The notes: a model not told the origin generated them from the letters alone. DNA of 32,000 nt from Geotalea uraniireducens Rf4 (GCF_000016745.1 NC_009483.1:4500001-4532000); one strand, 5' to 3'. Shown: positions 1 through 8,613, numbered from the stretch's first letter. Numbers and translations: made by a program.

Positions 1-1356
1 ACCGTCCTCCAGTACCGCAACAAGATGGGCGATGCCGAGGACAAATTCACCGTGGGCATGGAGTTGAAAACCATTTGCGCCGAAGCGGGGATCACTTTCA
101 TCGTCAACGACGATCTGGAATTAGCCAGAGAACTCGACGCGGACGGCCTCCACCTGGGGCAGGAAGACGGCGATCCGATTGGAGCCCGCAAACTGCTCGG
201 ACCGCGGAAAATCATCGGCGTCTCCACCCACAACCTGGAGGAAGCGCTGCGGGCGGAAGCCGCCGGAGCCGACTACATCGGCTTTGGCGCCATGTACCCC
301 ACCGGGAGCAAGGATATCGAGCATCTCCCCGGACCCGACATGCTTGTCGAGGTCAAGGCGAAGGTCAAGATCCCCGTGGTGGCCATCGGCGGCATCAACC
401 GGGACAACGGGGCACGGGTAATCGACAACGGCGCAGACGCCGTTGCGGTCATCTCCGGCATACTCGGTAGCAGAGAGCCGGGGCTGGCGGCGGCCGAACT
501 GTCGCTTCTCTTCAACCGCAAGGGGGCCTTTCCGCGCGGCAATGTCTTGACCATCGCCGGCAGCGACTCCGGCGGCGGGGCCGGCATCCAGGCCGACCTC
601 AAGACCGTAACCCTGCTCGGCTCTTACGGCGCCTCGGTAATCACCGCACTCACCGCCCAGAACACCCGCGGGGTGAGCGCCATTCACGGCGTGCCTCCCG
701 AGTTTGTCGCAGAGCAGCTCGATGCGGTACTTTCCGACATCAGGATCGACGTGGTCAAGACCGGTATGCTCTTTTCCGCGGAAATAATCAGCGTCATTGC
801 CGACAAGCTGGGCGAATACAACAGGAAAATAGTGGTCATCGATCCGGTAATGCTGGCCAAGGGGGGAGCGGAGCTCATTGACCATGAGGCCCTGGCCATA
901 TTCAAAAAGCGGCTTATGGCCGCGGCCTATCTCCTCACTCCGAACATCCCGGAGGCGGAAAAGCTGACCGGCATCGCTATCAGCAATGAAGATGGGATGG
1001 AGCAGGCAGCCCGCGCCATCTGCAGTATGGGGGCAAGAAATGTACTGATAAAAGGGGGGCACCTCCCCGAAGGGATTGCCGTGGACATCCTCTATGACGG
1101 CAGCGCTTTCACCCGCTTCCCCGTGCCGCGCATCCTCACCAAGAACACCCACGGCACCGGCTGCACCCTGGCTTCAGCCATCGCCGCGTTCCTCGCCCAA
1201 GGGGAACCGCTGCCGGTTGCAATCGCCAAAGCCAAGGAATTCATCACCACCGCCATAAAACTCGCCCAACCGCTGGGCAAGGGACATGGCCCGGTGAACC
1301 ATTACAGAGCAGCATGCGAACTTCGGGACTTGGGACCTGGGACCAGGGATCGGTAA
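1..1356 (+). CDS. thiD: Fused thiamine-phosphate synthase (ThiE) / hydroxymethylpyrimidine-phosphomethylpyrimidine kinase (ThiD); 5' end lies outside the window
   Basis: The frame of ORF 25..1356 stays open back to base 1 (TVLQYRNK, ThiE-like LQxRxK). The N-terminal half has ThiE-like GADYIGFG and VVAIGGI. The C-terminal half has ThiD-like LTIAGSDSGGGAGIQADLKT and THGTGCTLASAIAA. Confidence 0.9.
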   Translation, partial: TVLQYRNKMGDAEDKFTVGMELKTICAEAGITFIVNDDLELARELDADGLHLGQEDGDPIGARKLLGPRKIIGVSTHNLEEALRAEAAGADYIGFGAMYPTGSKDIEHLPGPDMLVEVKAKVKIPVVAIGGINRDNGARVIDNGADAVAVISGILGSREPGLAAAELSLLFNRKGAFPRGNVLTIAGSDSGGGAGIQADLKTVTLLGSYGASVITALTAQNTRGVSAIHGVPPEFVAEQLDAVLSDIRIDVVKTGMLFSAEIISVIADKLGEYNRKIVVIDPVMLAKGGAELIDHEALAIFKKRLMAAAYLLTPNIPEAEKLTGIAISNEDGMEQAARAICSMGARNVLIKGGHLPEGIAVDILYDGSAFTRFPVPRILTKNTHGTGCTLASAIAAFLAQGEPLPVAIAKAKEFITTAIKLAQPLGKGHGPVNHYRAACELRDLGPGTRDR

Positions 1357-1461
1357 CTTCAGAGATGCGGAATCAGGCCCTCCTTGGACCTTAAGGAACC
1401 GGACCTGGAAGAGCCCTTCCGGATCCCGGCTCTCGTCTCTCTTCAATAAAAGGAGCAGTAG

Positions 1462-2769
1462 ATGACAAAGACTCAACTTGACTACGCCCGCCAGGGCACG
1501 ATCACCAAAGAAATGAAGGAAGCAGCCCTCGCCGAAGGGGTAAGCCCGGAGTTCATCCGCGACGGACTGGTTGCCGGCAACATCATCATCTGCCATAACA
1601 TCAAGCACGCAGGCGGTCGACCGCTGGCGGTAGGCCGCGGACTGCGCACCAAGGTCAACGCCAACATCGGCACCTCGGCCGACGACCTGGACATAGCCAA
1701 GGAGCTGGAAAAGGCCCGCGTAGCGGTAAAACACGGCGCAGACGCCATCATGGACCTCTCCACCGGCGGACCGGTTGATGAGATCCGCCGCGCCATCATT
1801 GCCGAAACCAGTGCCTGCATCGGCAGCGTACCCCTCTATCAGGCGGCCCTCGATGCGGTACGGACAAAGAAGAAGGCGATCGTCGACATGACCGTGGACG
1901 ACATTTTCGCCGGGATAATCAAGCATGCCGAAGACGGAGTGGATTTCATCACCGTCCACTGCGGCGTGACCTGCGCAACGGTGGAGCGGATGAAAAACGA
2001 GGGTCGGATCATGGACGTGGTCTCCCGCGGCGGGGCGTTCACCATCGAGTGGATGGCCCACAACAACAAGGAAAACCCGCTCTTCGAGCACTTCGACCGG
2101 CTCCTGGAAATCACCAAAGAGTATGACATGACCCTCTCCCTGGGTGACGGCTTCCGCCCCGGCTGCCTCGCCGACGCCACCGACCGGGCGCAGATCCACG
2201 AACTGATCCTTCTGGGCGAGCTGACCCAGCGCGCCCAGGCATTCGGCGTCCAGGTCATGATTGAAGGTCCGGGGCACATGCCGCTCAACCAGATCGAGGC
2301 CAACATCCTCCTGCAGAAGAGGCTCTGTCACGGCGCCCCATTCTATGTGCTCGGCCCGCTGGTCACCGACATCGCCCCGGGCTACGACCATATCACCTGC
2401 GCCATCGGCGGCACCATCGCCGCCGCCGCCGGGGCCGACTTCCTCTGCTATGTCACCCCCAGCGAACACCTGCGCCTCCCGACCGTGGACGACGTGAGAG
2501 AAGGGGTCATCGCCTCCCGCATCGCCGCCCACGCTGCCGACATCGTCAAGGGGGTGAAGGGGGCGATGGACAAGGACATCCAGATGGCCAAGTGCCGGAA
2601 AAAGCTCGACTGGGAAGGGCAGTTCGCCCTGGCCCTCGACCCGGAAAAGGCCCGGCGGCTGCGCGCCGAATCAGGGGTTGCCGACCACGGCGCCTGCACC
2701 ATGTGCGGCGAGTTCTGCGCCTACAAGGTGATGGACGACGCCATGGAAAAGCAGGCGGTCGAATCGTAA
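1462..2769 (+). CDS. thiC: Phosphomethylpyrimidine synthase ThiC
   Basis: 435-aa ORF with the typical ThiC N-terminus (TQLDYARQGTITKEM) and core (VMIEGPGH). It has the C-terminal Fe-S cysteine motif CTMCGEFCAYK. AAGGAG RBS lies just upstream of the ATG. Confidence 0.95.
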   Translation: MTKTQLDYARQGTITKEMKEAALAEGVSPEFIRDGLVAGNIIICHNIKHAGGRPLAVGRGLRTKVNANIGTSADDLDIAKELEKARVAVKHGADAIMDLSTGGPVDEIRRAIIAETSACIGSVPLYQAALDAVRTKKKAIVDMTVDDIFAGIIKHAEDGVDFITVHCGVTCATVERMKNEGRIMDVVSRGGAFTIEWMAHNNKENPLFEHFDRLLEITKEYDMTLSLGDGFRPGCLADATDRAQIHELILLGELTQRAQAFGVQVMIEGPGHMPLNQIEANILLQKRLCHGAPFYVLGPLVTDIAPGYDHITCAIGGTIAAAAGADFLCYVTPSEHLRLPTVDDVREGVIASRIAAHAADIVKGVKGAMDKDIQMAKCRKKLDWEGQFALALDPEKARRLRAESGVADHGACTMCGEFCAYKVMDDAMEKQAVES

Positions 2770-2813
2770 GGGTTGACTTAGCCGGAGAATTGTTATAATA
2801 AAATAGCTCCATT

Positions 2814-2889
2814 GCCGTTATAGCTCAGTTGGTAGAGCAATTGATTCGTAATCAATAGGTCAGCGGTTCGACTCCGCTTAACGGCTCCA
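2814..2889 (+). tRNA. tRNA-Thr, anticodon CGU, CCA encoded
   Basis: Hand-folded cloverleaf. Acceptor GCCGTTA/TAACGGC, D-arm AGCTCAGTTGGTAGAGC, anticodon arm ATTGA-TTCGTAA-TCAAT (anticodon CGT), T-arm AGCGG-TTCGACT-CCGCT, discriminator T, then CCA. Confidence 0.9.
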
Positions 2890-2897
2890 GAAAAATC

Positions 2898-2932
2898 AAG
2901 GCCCTGCAGGTTATCCTGCAGGGCCTTTTGTA
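2898..2932 (+). terminator. Rho-independent terminator after tRNA-Thr
   Basis: Perfect 13-bp stem AAGGCCCTGCAGG / CCTGCAGGGCCTT with loop TTAT, followed by a short T-rich run (TTGTATT). Confidence 0.8.
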
Positions 2933-3078
2933 TTCGGATTCCGTTTCCCCTTCCTTTGCGGAAAAAAGAAGGTGTCAGTTTCCCTCCACGGTCCACCAGC
3001 TATCGCCGGAGTGGTGTTCGTCCCGGTCGTTACCCTTCCGTATGCGTTCCCTTGTAATAATGCCATGCATTGTTAGAA

Positions 3079-3087
3079 TGTTATAAT
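3079..3087 (+). promoter_or_regulatory. Putative extended -10 promoter (TGtTATAAT) for the lipoprotein gene
   Basis: TG-T-TATAAT at 3079-3087 in an AT-rich stretch about 75 nt upstream of the ATG at 3160. No good -35 hexamer. Confidence 0.35.
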
Positions 3088-3159
3088 TATATCGCGGTCC
3101 GATTTCGTGTGGAGGAAAAATTCACGCGGATGAATCCAAACTGCACGGGAGGTATCGCC

Positions 3160-3858
3160 ATGAAAAGTATCAAAACGGCAGCTGTTTCGGTAACGTTCTT
3201 CGTTCTCGCCTTGCTTATGGGTGGGTGCGCTGCGAGCATGCAGTCGCGGAGCGTTGATCTGAAGGAGTCGCGGCTGGTGAACCCCTCCATCATGGAGAAG
3301 GGGACGGGGGACCAGGCACTCTACCGCTACGTCAATCCGAAGATGGACGTCAAGCAGTACACGAAGATCATGATCGATCCGGTCCTCATCGAAAAGCAGG
3401 CGGAACTCGACGCGGAAGATCTGGCAAACTACCAGAAACTCGCCAACAACGCCTATGTCTACCTGAACAAGGAACTGGAGCAGGATTACAAGATCGTGCA
3501 GTCTCCCGAGCCCGGCACCATGAGGATACAGCTGGCCATCGTCGACGCCGACAACTCGAAGCCGGTCCGCAATGTCACTTCGAGCATCTTGCCCATCGGC
3601 ATCGGGATCTCCCTGGTATCATACGCCGCCACCGGGAAACCGACGGGGGTGGGTGAGATCACGGTCGAGTTCAAGGGAACCGATGCCATGACCGGCGAAC
3701 TGCTCGGAGCAGCACTCGACAAGCGTGTCGGCGGCAAGGACGTCAAGGGGGTCTTCGACACCTGGCACAACGCCGACGCCGCCCTGAAATACTGGGCACA
3801 AAGGACCCGCTACGTGCTCTGCATGGGGCGCGGCGACAAAAACTGCGTCAAACCCTGA
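3160..3858 (+). CDS. Lipoprotein, DUF3313-like
   Basis: The ATG at 3160 is preceded by GGGAGG. Signal peptide with lipobox (MKSIKTAAVSVTFFVLALLMGGC). The YTKIMIDPV and MRIQLAIVDAD motifs fit my recollection of the DUF3313 lipoprotein family. The longer ORF from 3070 lacks an RBS. Confidence 0.7.
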   Translation: MKSIKTAAVSVTFFVLALLMGGCAASMQSRSVDLKESRLVNPSIMEKGTGDQALYRYVNPKMDVKQYTKIMIDPVLIEKQAELDAEDLANYQKLANNAYVYLNKELEQDYKIVQSPEPGTMRIQLAIVDADNSKPVRNVTSSILPIGIGISLVSYAATGKPTGVGEITVEFKGTDAMTGELLGAALDKRVGGKDVKGVFDTWHNADAALKYWAQRTRYVLCMGRGDKNCVKP

Positions 3859-3901
3859 GCCCCGGACTGATATGTAAATAAACAGACCGGGGGGATATGT
3901 C

Positions 3902-6391
3902 ATGGAAAATCAGGACGAAGTAAGTACAGGGGAGAAGTGCCGGAACATCCGCACCGGATCGAGTCCCGACGACATTGCCCAGGCGTTTCTCGACAATCTT
4001 TACTATGCCCAGGGGAGGATACCGGTCCTCGCCACGCGAAACGACCTGTACATGGCGCTTGCCTATACGGTCCGCGACCGGCTTGCGGCCCGCTGGGTCG
4101 CGCAGATGCAGCAATTTCGGCGAGCGGAATTGAAAAAAAGCATCAAGGTGGTCTGCTACCTTTCGGCGGAGTTTCTTCCCGGGCCGCACCTGGGCAACAA
4201 TCTGCTCAACCTGGGGATTTACGATGAAACGCGCCAGGCCATGGAGCAGCTCGGGTACAATCTGGAGGAGCTCATCGATCAGGAAACCGAGCCGGGGCTC
4301 GGTAACGGCGGGCTCGGCAGGCTTGCCTCCTGTTTCATGGATTCGCTTTCGACGATCGTGGTCCCGGCGTTCGGCTACGGGATACGCTACGAGTTCGGCA
4401 TCTTCGACCAGGAGATACGCGACGGCTGGCAGGTGGAGATTACCGACAAGTGGCTGAAGCTCGGGAATCCCTGGGAAATGCCGCTCCCTGAATTGTGCCA
4501 GGAGGTGAAACTAGGCGGCCACACGGAACATTACCAGGACGGACAGGGGCGGTCGCGGGTGCGGTGGATCCCGGCCGGGGTGGTCGAGGGGATCCCCTAC
4601 GACACGCCGATCCTGGGGTATGGCGGCAATATCTGCAATACGCTCCGCCTCTGGAAGGCCGAAGCGGTGGAATCGTTCGACTTCCAGGACTTCAACGTGG
4701 GCAACTATTATGCAGCGGTCGAAGAAAAGGTAAAGTCGGAAACCATCACCAAGGTCCTCTATCCCAACGACGAACCGGAGATCGGCAAGATGCTCCGGCT
4801 CATCCAGGAATACTTTTTCGTCTCCTGTTCGCTGCAGGACATGATCCGCATCGGCAAGATGCTGGGCAATTCTCCAGAATGTTTTGACCAGCGGTACGTG
4901 GCCCAGCTGAACGACACCCATCCCTCCATCGCCGTTGCCGAACTGATGAGACTCCTGGTGGACGAGCACGACGTGGCGTGGGAGAAGGCGTGGGAGATAA
5001 CGCAGAACACCTTCGGCTACACCAATCACACCCTCCTTCCCGAAGCTTTGGAGAAATGGCCCGTCGAACTGTTCGGCCAGATCCTCCCGCGGCACCTGGA
5101 GATCGTTTACGAGATCAACCGCCGCTTCCTCGACCAGGTGAGGTTGGCGTTTCCAGGAGACGAAGAGCAGGCGGCGCGTCTGTCACTCATCGACGAATCC
5201 GGCTGCAGGTACGTGCGGATGGCCCACTTGGCCTGCGTTGGGTGCCATGCCGTCAACGGCGTCGCAAAGCTCCACTCAGAGCTTTTGAAGAGCGAGGTGC
5301 TGCGGGACTTCCATGAAATGTTCCCGGAGAAATTCCATAATGTGACCAACGGCGTCACCCCGCGCCGCTGGATGGCGCTCTCCAACCCGCGGCTTGCCGC
5401 GCTGATTTCCGGGGTTATCGGCGATGGCTGGATCACACAACTGGACGAGCTGAGAAAGCTCGAGCCCTTTGCCGACGATCCCGCGTTCCAGGAGAAGTGG
5501 CGCCGGGTCAAGCGGGAGAACAAGAACGACCTCGCCACCCTTATCCTGAACCGCACCGGGGTGGCGGTCGATCCCGATTCACTCTTCGACATCCAGGTAA
5601 AACGCCTGCACGAATACAAGCGCCAGCACCTGAACGTCCTGCACATCATCACCCTCTATGCAAGGCTGAAGCGGTACCCTGCATCCGACTGCGTTCCCAG
5701 GACGTTCGTCTTCGGCGGCAAGGCCGCGCCCGGATACGCCATGGCCAAACTCATCATCAAGCTCATCAATTCCGTGGCCGGGGTGGTGAACACCGATCCC
5801 GATATCCGCGGCCGGTTGAATGTGGCCTTTCTCCCCGATTTCAACGTGAAGACCGGCCAGCAAGTGTATCCGGCAGCGGACCTGTCCGAACAGATATCCC
5901 TGGCAGGCGAAGAGGCGTCGGGAACGGGCAACATGAAATTTTCCATGAACGGGGCGCTGACCATCGGCACCCTCGACGGAGCCAACGTGGAAATACGTGA
6001 AGAGGTAGGAGCCGAGAATTTTTTCCTCTTCGGCCTGAAGGTGGACGAGGTGGAGGAGCTGAAGGCGCGGGGGTACGACCCGAGAAAATATTACGACTCC
6101 AACCCCGCCCTTCGGGAAGCGATCGACCTCATCCGTTCGGGACATTTCTCCGGGGGGAACGCACAGCTCTTCGCGCCGCTCGTCGACTTGCTCATGCAGC
6201 GCGACAATTACATGCTTTTTGCGGATTACCAGCCGTACATCGACTGCCAGGACCGGGTGTCGGCGGCCTTCCGCGACCAGCAAAACTGGACGAGGATGTC
6301 CATCCTGAACGTGGCGCGGATGGGGAAATTTTCCTCCGACCGCGCAGTTCGGGAATACTGCGACATGATTTGGAAGGTGCAGCCGGTGTAA
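3902..6391 (+). CDS. glgP: Glycogen/alpha-glucan phosphorylase (GT35)
   Basis: 829 aa. It has the PLP-lysine motif EASGTGNMKFSMNGALTIGTLDGANVEI plus GLGNGGLGRLASCFMDS and TNHTLLPEALE. Confidence 0.95.
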   Translation: MENQDEVSTGEKCRNIRTGSSPDDIAQAFLDNLYYAQGRIPVLATRNDLYMALAYTVRDRLAARWVAQMQQFRRAELKKSIKVVCYLSAEFLPGPHLGNNLLNLGIYDETRQAMEQLGYNLEELIDQETEPGLGNGGLGRLASCFMDSLSTIVVPAFGYGIRYEFGIFDQEIRDGWQVEITDKWLKLGNPWEMPLPELCQEVKLGGHTEHYQDGQGRSRVRWIPAGVVEGIPYDTPILGYGGNICNTLRLWKAEAVESFDFQDFNVGNYYAAVEEKVKSETITKVLYPNDEPEIGKMLRLIQEYFFVSCSLQDMIRIGKMLGNSPECFDQRYVAQLNDTHPSIAVAELMRLLVDEHDVAWEKAWEITQNTFGYTNHTLLPEALEKWPVELFGQILPRHLEIVYEINRRFLDQVRLAFPGDEEQAARLSLIDESGCRYVRMAHLACVGCHAVNGVAKLHSELLKSEVLRDFHEMFPEKFHNVTNGVTPRRWMALSNPRLAALISGVIGDGWITQLDELRKLEPFADDPAFQEKWRRVKRENKNDLATLILNRTGVAVDPDSLFDIQVKRLHEYKRQHLNVLHIITLYARLKRYPASDCVPRTFVFGGKAAPGYAMAKLIIKLINSVAGVVNTDPDIRGRLNVAFLPDFNVKTGQQVYPAADLSEQISLAGEEASGTGNMKFSMNGALTIGTLDGANVEIREEVGAENFFLFGLKVDEVEELKARGYDPRKYYDSNPALREAIDLIRSGHFSGGNAQLFAPLVDLLMQRDNYMLFADYQPYIDCQDRVSAAFRDQQNWTRMSILNVARMGKFSSDRAVREYCDMIWKVQPV

Positions 6392-6438
6392 TGGGCACAT
6401 CTGCCCCGTGTGATAACACCGCAAAAAGTCAGAATACA

Positions 6439-6516
6439 CCACTAAGGCACTAAGGACACGAAGTTAACCCCTCTAAAGGATTATAGTATTTCTTAGTGAT
6501 CTTAGTGTCTTAGTGG
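6439..6516. repeat. 78-nt imperfect palindrome whose arms are tandem CACTAAG(G/A) units
   Basis: Left arm CCACTAAGGCACTAAGGACAC (6439-6459). Right arm CTTAGTGATCTTAGTGTCTTAGTGG (6492-6516), whose reverse complement is CCACTAAGACACTAAGATCACTAAG. Five CACTAAG copies in total, two forward and three inverted. Confidence 0.8.
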
Positions 6517-6573
6517 TAAAAAGGGTTTCAGATCGGGTCAATAAACCTCCGTGTCTCCATGGCAAAAGCCGCG

Positions 6574-6785
6574 TCATCTCTGACGTCTCGCCATCCGCCG
6601 GCGCTGGACAACGGCAAACCGGGCGATGATCCGGTCGGCTTCGTAGTTGCGGCTGATGCCGACCATGTCGTAGATCCCGCCGAATCGGACATCACCGCCC
6701 GCAAGGGCATGCATCTTGCCGTCAGCAGTGAGCATGTAGCCGTCAAAGTGGGTCCAGATCGCCTGTGTCCCCCACCCCCAAGGTT
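6574..6785 (-). pseudogene. Orphan coding-like segment without a usable start; either a 5'-truncated remnant or a gene overlapping or frameshifted with the upstream ORF
   Basis: The minus frame encodes WGTQAIWTHFDGYMLTADGKMHALAGGDVRFGGIYDMVGISRNYEADRIIARF with host-like GC3-rich codons (tac, gac, atc, ggc, aac). Between the upstream ORF's stop at 6786 and an internal Met there is no ATG, GTG or TTG. The only upstream starts (GTG; TTG at 6870) overlap the preceding ORF. Confidence 0.25.
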
Positions 6786-7094
6786 TTAGCCGGAGAGCAA
6801 CGACTGGTTCTGCTCGGCGCACTGCTTCATCGACTGCATCTGGCCGCTCAGCTCCTTGACCTCCGCCCAATTCCCCTGCATCATGGCGTTATGGATCCTG
6901 TTCGGCAGATTGCTCAGCTCCGTCTCCATCCTCCTGAGCCCCCGGTAGGTGGTCAACGGCATCTCCTTCTGCAGCAGTTCCCAGGAGCGCCAGAGGTAGA
7001 GGTCGCCGTAAAGGGTGTCGATGCGGCTCAACTCGATGAGGCTCGAAACGCAGTCATAGGTGCTCTTTTCATCTGCACTCTTATTGGTCCCCAT
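6786..7094 (-). CDS. Hypothetical protein (102 aa, predicted helical)
   Basis: The ATG at 7094 is preceded by GAGGAG with about 7 nt spacing. Composition is coding-like (MGTNKSADEKSTYDCV...). I recognise no family. Confidence 0.5.
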   Translation of the reverse strand: MGTNKSADEKSTYDCVSSLIELSRIDTLYGDLYLWRSWELLQKEMPLTTYRGLRRMETELSNLPNRIHNAMMQGNWAEVKELSGQMQSMKQCAEQNQSLLSG

Positions 7095-7213
7095 GCCTGA
7101 TCTCCTCTGCATCTCCTCAATTGGGCACATATTAATAATATCTTATCATACGTTCCCGGATTCGCATGGAGTTCTTCCACAGGTTCTTTCCTAGTACCAT
7201 GAAACATCTAAAT

Positions 7214-7315
7214 CTAACTCCCCCCAACCCCCTCTTATCTTAAGAGGGGGAGCAAACCAGCCAGCTCACTTAGCACGTCCCTCCCCTTAATTAAGGGGAG
7301 GACAGGAGGGGTTAG
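7214..7315. repeat. REP/MITE-like double-hairpin element, copy A
   Basis: Hairpin 1: CCCCCTCTTA-TCT-TAAGAGGGGG (7228-7250). Hairpin 2: GTCCCTCCCCTTAA/TTAAGGGGAGGAC (7277-7303). Ends are CTAACTCCCC ... GGGGTTAG. Near-identical architecture recurs at 23725-23849. Confidence 0.8.
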
Positions 7316-7342
7316 CTGCGAAAAAATAAGTATTACAGTGTA

Positions 7343-8479
7343 CTAGCCGTTTATCACCCGGTCCAGATCGGCAATGAGGTCCTCACACTCCTCCAGCCCC
7401 ACCGACAGGCGCACCAGATTGTCGGTCACCCCGCGCGCTGCCCGCTCCTCCGGCGGCATGGCCGCATGGGACATCTTTGCCGGGTAGGAGATGATGCTCT
7501 CCACTCCGCCGAGACTGACGGCAAAGGCAGCCAATTCGACCGTTTCCAGTACCCGCCGCGTCAGTTCCACCGTTTCCAGCTTGAAGGAGAGAACCGCGCC
7601 CGGCCCCGCTGCCTGGCTGTTGTGGACGGCATAGCCGGGATGGCTTGGCAGGCCCGGGTAGAATACCTCCGTTACCCGCTTTTGTTCGGAAAGCCACTCG
7701 GCAACCGCCCTGGCGCTCTTCTGGCTCTCCTCCAGCCGCACCCGCAAAGTCTTCAACCCGCGCAGCACCAGCCACGAATCCTGCGGCCCAAGCACCGCGC
7801 CGAATGCGTTCTGGACGAACCCGATCCGCTTTGCCAGCGCCTCGTCGCGCACCACGGCAAAGCCGCAGATCACGTCGCTGTGGCCGTTCAGAAACTTGGT
7901 GCCGCTGTGCAGGACGATGTCGCACCCAAGCTCCAGCGGCCTTTGCAGATAGGGGGTCATGAAGGTGTTGTCCACCAGGGTCAGAAGCCCCCTCGATTTG
8001 GCCAGTGCCACTGCCGCGGCCATGTCGGTGACCTTCAGCAGGGGATTTGACGGCGTCTCCAGGTAAATTCCCTTGGTGGCGGGAAGGATGGCTGCGGCGA
8101 TGTTCGCCGGGTCAGTGGCGTCGACAAAGGTCGTCTCGATGCCGAGACGCTTGAAAAGTGTTGTGAGGACCCTGAAAGCGCCGCCGTAGACGTCCTCGCA
8201 GACCACCAGATGGTCGCCGGGAGAAAAGAGCAGGAGTGCCGAGGAGATGGCAGCCATTCCCGAAGCGAAGGCAAAGCCATGGGTGCCGTTTTCCAGGATG
8301 GCAATGGTCTCCTCCAGGGCCTCACGGGTCGGGTTGCCGGAGCGGGCGTAGTCCCACTTGCCAAAATGGTCCACCGATTCCTGGGCAAAGGTGGAAACCT
8401 GGTAAATGGGGATGGAGAGCCCCTTGGTGTAGGGGTCTATGCCATGGCCGTTATGGATGATCTTTGTGCCGATTTTCAT
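7343..8479 (-). CDS. PLP-dependent Cys/Met-metabolism enzyme (cystathionine gamma-synthase / beta-lyase / gamma-lyase family), distal paralog
   Basis: 378 aa. It has YARSGNPTR, the PLP-lysine region HSGTKFLNGHSDV and C-terminal RLSVGLE. AAGGAG RBS upstream. Confidence 0.9.
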   Translation of the reverse strand: MKIGTKIIHNGHGIDPYTKGLSIPIYQVSTFAQESVDHFGKWDYARSGNPTREALEETIAILENGTHGFAFASGMAAISSALLLFSPGDHLVVCEDVYGGAFRVLTTLFKRLGIETTFVDATDPANIAAAILPATKGIYLETPSNPLLKVTDMAAAVALAKSRGLLTLVDNTFMTPYLQRPLELGCDIVLHSGTKFLNGHSDVICGFAVVRDEALAKRIGFVQNAFGAVLGPQDSWLVLRGLKTLRVRLEESQKSARAVAEWLSEQKRVTEVFYPGLPSHPGYAVHNSQAAGPGAVLSFKLETVELTRRVLETVELAAFAVSLGGVESIISYPAKMSHAAMPPEERAARGVTDNLVRLSVGLEECEDLIADLDRVING

Positions 8480-8500
8480 GATGTTGTCTCCTTAAAATAA

Positions 8501-8613
8501 GGTTCGAGGTTCGAGGTTCGAGGTTCTAGGTTCTAGGTGCGAGGCAAACCTATCGCTTTTCCTTTTTCCTTTTTCCTTTTTCCTTTCTCCTCGTTCCTTT
8601 CTCCTCGTTCCTT
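8501..8613. repeat. Two adjacent 7-nt-phased tandem arrays in the spacer between the two paralogs
   Basis: Plus strand: (GGTTCGA)x3 (GGTTCTA)x2 GGTGCGA at 8501-8542. Then TTTTTCC-type heptamers x4 followed by (TTTCTCC TCGTTCC)x2 at about 8557-8611. On the transcribed minus strand this is a nearly pure polypurine GGA-heptad run followed by a CCUNGAA heptad run. Confidence 0.9.

Noticed and set aside
1357-1461. Possible TPP (THI-box) riboswitch in the 105-nt gap upstream of thiC
   Set aside because: The conserved CUGAGA and ACCUGAUCUGGAUAAUGCCAGCG-type cores are absent; only loose look-alikes occur (TCAGAGA, GAACCGGACCTGGA). thiC is probably co-transcribed with the upstream thiE/thiD gene. An Rfam RF00059 scan would settle it.
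1174-2532. 452-aa ORF antisense to thiC, and similar long antisense ORFs at 121..1152, 4511..5095, 5579..6442, 12023..12937 and 13079..14329
   Set aside because: The 452-aa ORF is codon-aligned with thiC on the other strand. It therefore only reflects the scarcity of TTA, CTA and TCA codons in GC-rich coding sequence. I did not check the phase of the other antisense ORFs. The translations of all of them are Arg/Gly/Pro/His-rich, with no recognisable motifs.
2814-3160. tRNA-Thr as an integration site for a genomic island
   Set aside because: There is no integrase, no repeat of the tRNA 3' end and no compositional break downstream. The adjacent lipoprotein and glgP genes look native.
6559-6789. 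Plus-strand ORF 6559..6789 downstream of glgP
   Set aside because: Its third-position GC and codon choice are poorer than those of the overlapping minus-strand frame. It has no RBS, and its product has no recognisable motif.
8501-8613. CRISPR array or minisatellite-encoded peptide
   Set aside because: The units are 7 nt with no spacers, far too short for CRISPR. The region lies between a stop codon and an RBS, and no ORF runs through it.
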